From Monocercomonoides exilis PA203 (taxonomy: Eukaryota; Protista; Preaxostyla): 64,000 nucleotides of DNA. Position 1 is the stretch's first letter, and each line of letters starts with the position of its first letter. Shown here one piece after another: positions 60,900 through 64,000 of the stretch. The stretch covers positions 558,001 through 622,000 of the forward strand of contig LSRY02000031.1 in assembly GCA_001643675.2 (NCBI GenBank). Direction: 5' to 3'. The notes under the pieces are model-generated. The model searched no databases. It was not told where the DNA came from and worked only from the letters and a program-made list of their open reading frames with translations. The position numbers and the translations under genes are program-made.

Positions 60900-61517
60900 T
60901 TTTTTGATATTGTATAGTCCAAAAAATTGAGGTGGACATTTGGAGCAGGAGAAAGAAAAGGCGAAGAAGATCGAGGAAAAAAATTTGTGGTCATTGTGCC
61001 AAATCGAAAAAATCAAACTCTTATCCCTATTGTTTAAAATCGAATCAAAAAAGGAACAACAATAATCAGCGACGAGTGTGAAGCTAAAACTTGTTAGGGA
61101 GAAGTGGGTTACACCCACAAAACCGTCTCCTACAAACAATGTTATGCTGATCCAATAACAAAAGAAAATCCAAACACTTTAGAAGGAATATGGGCGTATT
61201 TGCAATCTTTTTTCACTCGATATGGAGTGAGAGAGCGATTTATTCCTTGAGTGCTTGCGACATTCATTGTTAAAAGGTCAGGTTAGCTTTCCTACGGAGA
61301 ATTCAAAGAAAAAAATATTAATTTTAAATCTGAAGATGAATTTGAATTGGAAATTGATGATGATGAGGATGATAATTTCTTTTCCAATTGTTGATTAAAA
61401 CGATATTTTTGGGAATTTGAGATGAAGATGATACTGAAGAAGAACTTTCAAAATCAGAAAGCGAAGATTCAGATCCTTTTGGAGCTGGAGCAGGTGAAGA
61501 TTTTTCAGAATTTTAAT
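60900..61517 (+). pseudogene. Decayed Merlin / IS1595 (ISXO2-like) DDE transposase
   Basis: It translates as RWTFGAGER..KFVVIVPNRKNQTLIPIV*NRIKKGTTIISDE..GYTHKTVSY..YADPITKENPNTLEGIW. This matches the Merlin pattern WVFG.ER..VPDR...L.PII...GT.I.SD..GY.H.TVNH...DP.T..TN.IEG.W. Several stops are present. Confidence 0.8.
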
Positions 61518-61542
61518 AAAAAATAATTTTTAAAAAAAATAT

Positions 61543-61811
61543 GGGACAAAACATTTGACTTCAGGCTTTTTCATTGAAAAATTATGTTCTGAAGATGAAC
61601 TTTTTGATACCAAAATTAATAAACAAAATTTGTTCATTTTTATAAATACTTTCAAGGTCGCAAAACATGATGTTATTATATAAAAATTTTGTGCATATAC
61701 GGATATTAAAACCAAATTTATTTTGAAATCTGATCAAGTTTAATAATGCAATAAGTGAAACATTTTTTTTAATGCATAGTGCAAAAAAAGCTTGAAAGTA
61801 TATATTTCCCC
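61543..61811. mobile_element. Copy of 270-bp GGG...CCC repeat family (right of Merlin relic, inverted relative to 59892 copy)
   Basis: GGGACAAAACATTTGACTTCAGGCTTTTT...AAAAAGCTTGAAAGTATATATTTCCCC. Confidence 0.75.
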
Positions 61812-62208
61812 TTTTTTTGTGTTTTTTCAATCACAACACATTTTGCAAGATGTTTCTCACTGAATATTGATAGAATCGTAATACAAACTTCAGTAATAAT
61901 TATAAAGTCAGATCTTTTGTGGTGCGTTTTGGATCATTGTGCAAAGAATATTTTTCTTGTGTGTGATTTTTTTGAAATCGAATAGTTTCCATTCAAATTA
62001 TCGGTTTGAAAAATCGTGTTCGATGTTTGGAAAAAAGCACTTGAAAAAAATCAAATATTTTCAAGAAGCATTTGTCTTTCTTAGATCTCGAACATCGGCT
62101 TTTTAACATTTTGCAATGCATTAGTCTTTTCCTTCCAAATAAACTTGAAAAAACATAAAAGCTGTCTAATTTTTTTTTTGACAAGTTCCATTTGTTTAAT
62201 TTTCAAAT

Positions 62209-62478
62209 GGGGGAAAATACGGACTTTCAAGCTTTTTTTGCACAATGCAAGAAAAAATTGCTTCACTTTGAACATTTTTAAACTCACCCAGATTTCAAAA
62301 ACAATTTGATTTTCATTACTGCAAACAAACATCATTGATGTTATCACAAAATGTTTTGTGACCTCACATGTATTTCAAAAAATAAACCAATTTTTTTTCA
62401 AAATTCTTTGATCACAAAAAGATTATCTGATGTGCATAATTATTTTATGAAAAAGCTTGAAGTCTCATATTTTCCCCC
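62209..62478. mobile_element. Copy of 270-bp GGG...CCC repeat family
   Basis: GGGGGAAAATACGGACTTTCAAGCTTTTT...AAAAAGCTTGAAGTCTCATATTTTCCCCC. Confidence 0.75.
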
Positions 62479-63401
62479 AAATAAAGTTTAATTATCATAT
62501 TTCGATCAAATTCAAATCCTCATTCACCAAATTCAGATGTTATATAAACAAAATCTTGACAATGTCATTATTACCATTTTTGTGAGTTTCGTGAGTGGGA
62601 ACTGAAATTTGATCGAAATATGATATTTAAACTTTATTTGAAAATTCAACAAAAGGAACTTTACAAAAAAATTTAGACAGCTTTTTAATTATCAATATCC
62701 CGAAAAAAGTTATGATTTCAAAATAATTACCAATGGAGAAAATTTTTTGAATCGTTTTGTCATCAATGCAAAAAATTTTTCTTATTGATGCTGCAAATAG
62801 AGAAATACATATCAAAGCTTTTTTCACAAAAGAAAAATTGATATATGCATTCTTCCCTTTTTCATGACTCAGAGAATAAAATATTTCCGTTGAATTCAAA
62901 TTCCCAAAGATAAAGATGAAAACCTGTTTTATAAACGAAGCAGAAAGAAATCAGAAATATATTGTAATTTTGTAATTTTCATCATAAATCACTTTGAAAT
63001 AGTTTGTTATCAATTGAATTTAAAACCAATTCAAAATTTGATAAAGTTTAAAATTCTTTCCAATTCGTTTCTCGTTTTATAACAATAACAATCGATATCC
63101 AACATACATTGATTTTTCGAAGTGAATTCAACAATTCCAAATTGTTCAGTGAAGCGAAAGAAAACTCCTTGAGGTGAGAAAAATGATAAAGTGAAAAATT
63201 GAAATTGAAAAATATCAAAAAGATAGGCAGCAAACAGTATGGCAAGGCAAGTGAAGTGGAAAAGAACATTAATTCCGTCATCTTCTTTATTGCTCTTTAT
63301 TTAAAAATCGAAAAAAAATTTCAAAAACTTTATTTTTCACCTTGTCACAATTCTTTGTATGCCCATTTTCACTTTCTTTCTCTTCAAATACCATCTCTTT
63401 C

Positions 63402-64000
63402 TCACTCAGCAAAGAACCTTCGCTTTTTGGCAGCATGCTCCACCTGCTTCTTAACCAGCGTATCTGCCCCTGAGCTGTGCTTAAACGAAGGATGAGAGGC
63501 ATCCAGCGAATACGATCCATCGTCAAACAAAGCAGAAAACCGCTTGTCTTCTCCTATTTCACTCACAATTTCTGCTTCATCTCTCTTTTTCAGCGGCTTT
63601 TGCTGCTTTTCTTTCCCTTTCTCCTTCTCCTTTCCTTTTCCTTTTCCCTTTCCCTTTCCGCTTCCTTCTTCTTTCTCTCCCTCTTTCTCCTCTCCTTCTT
63701 CTGGCAGCCCCAGAAGCCTCCTTCTTTCTCGCAATGCCTCTCTTTCGGCTATCTTCCTCTGCTCTTCTGCCAACTGCTTTGCCTGCTTTCGCTCTTCAAT
63801 ACGCTTCTGCTTCTTCATCTGCCTGTGCGAAATCTGTCTTCCTTCTCCCTCTCCTTCCTCTCCTTCTTCCCTTTCATTCAAGAAATCTAATTCTTCTTTC
63901 TCTCTTCTCTCTTCTTCTTTTCTCCTTTGCTTCATGCCTTGCTTGCTCAACGCTTCCTTGTAATACTCCTTTTCTTTCTGAGCCATCTTTCCATCTTTTC
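63402..64000 (-). CDS. ESF1: 3' end of NUC153-domain nucleolar pre-rRNA processing protein (ESF1-like)
   Basis: A K/E-rich region is followed by EDKRFSALFDDGSYSLDASHPSFK (NUC153 pattern DxRFxxLF...DxxxPxFK) close to the C-terminus. NOL10/Enp2 is the alternative assignment. Confidence 0.65.
   Translation of the reverse strand, partial: KDGKMAQKEKEYYKEALSKQGMKQRRKEEERREKEELDFLNEREEGEEGEGEGRQISHRQMKKQKRIEERKQAKQLAEEQRKIAEREALRERRRLLGLPEEGEEKEGEKEEGSGKGKGKGKGKEKEKGKEKQQKPLKKRDEAEIVSEIGEDKRFSALFDDGSYSLDASHPSFKHSSGADTLVKKQVEHAAKKRRFFAE

Noticed and set aside
1-64000. Host-wide TAA/TAG=Gln genetic code
   Set aside because: The 2454- and 2589-aa ORFs contain no in-frame TAR codons, and conserved genes end at TAA in the expected places.

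Overview
This is AT-rich eukaryotic DNA with short GT-AG introns, microsatellite-inflated coding sequences and the standard genetic code. Its style most resembles an oxymonad such as Monocercomonoides (inference only). Conserved genes are a BIG/Sec7-type ARF-GEF (5' part), an SNF1/AMPK-family kinase, transportin-1, CTF18 and the 3' end of an ESF1-like gene. Lineage-specific families are two paralogous ~430-aa helical hypothetical genes and two ~2,500-aa beta-helix/TM/pseudokinase surface-receptor genes that share a ~1,900-aa core but have different ends. The most unusual object is a 6.0-kb element (41611-47621). It has a DIRS-type coding core (gag, RT-RNaseH-methyltransferase, tyrosine recombinase) enclosed by almost perfect 898-bp inverted arms with TA-flanked, DNA-transposon-like tips. 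The inner half of each arm is an alternating series of inverted-repeat modules joined by a recurring CACYT..N3..AAGAAAGTG site. Also present are a decayed Merlin/IS1595 transposase bracketed by a 270-bp repeat family, several foldback/MITE elements and gene relics.
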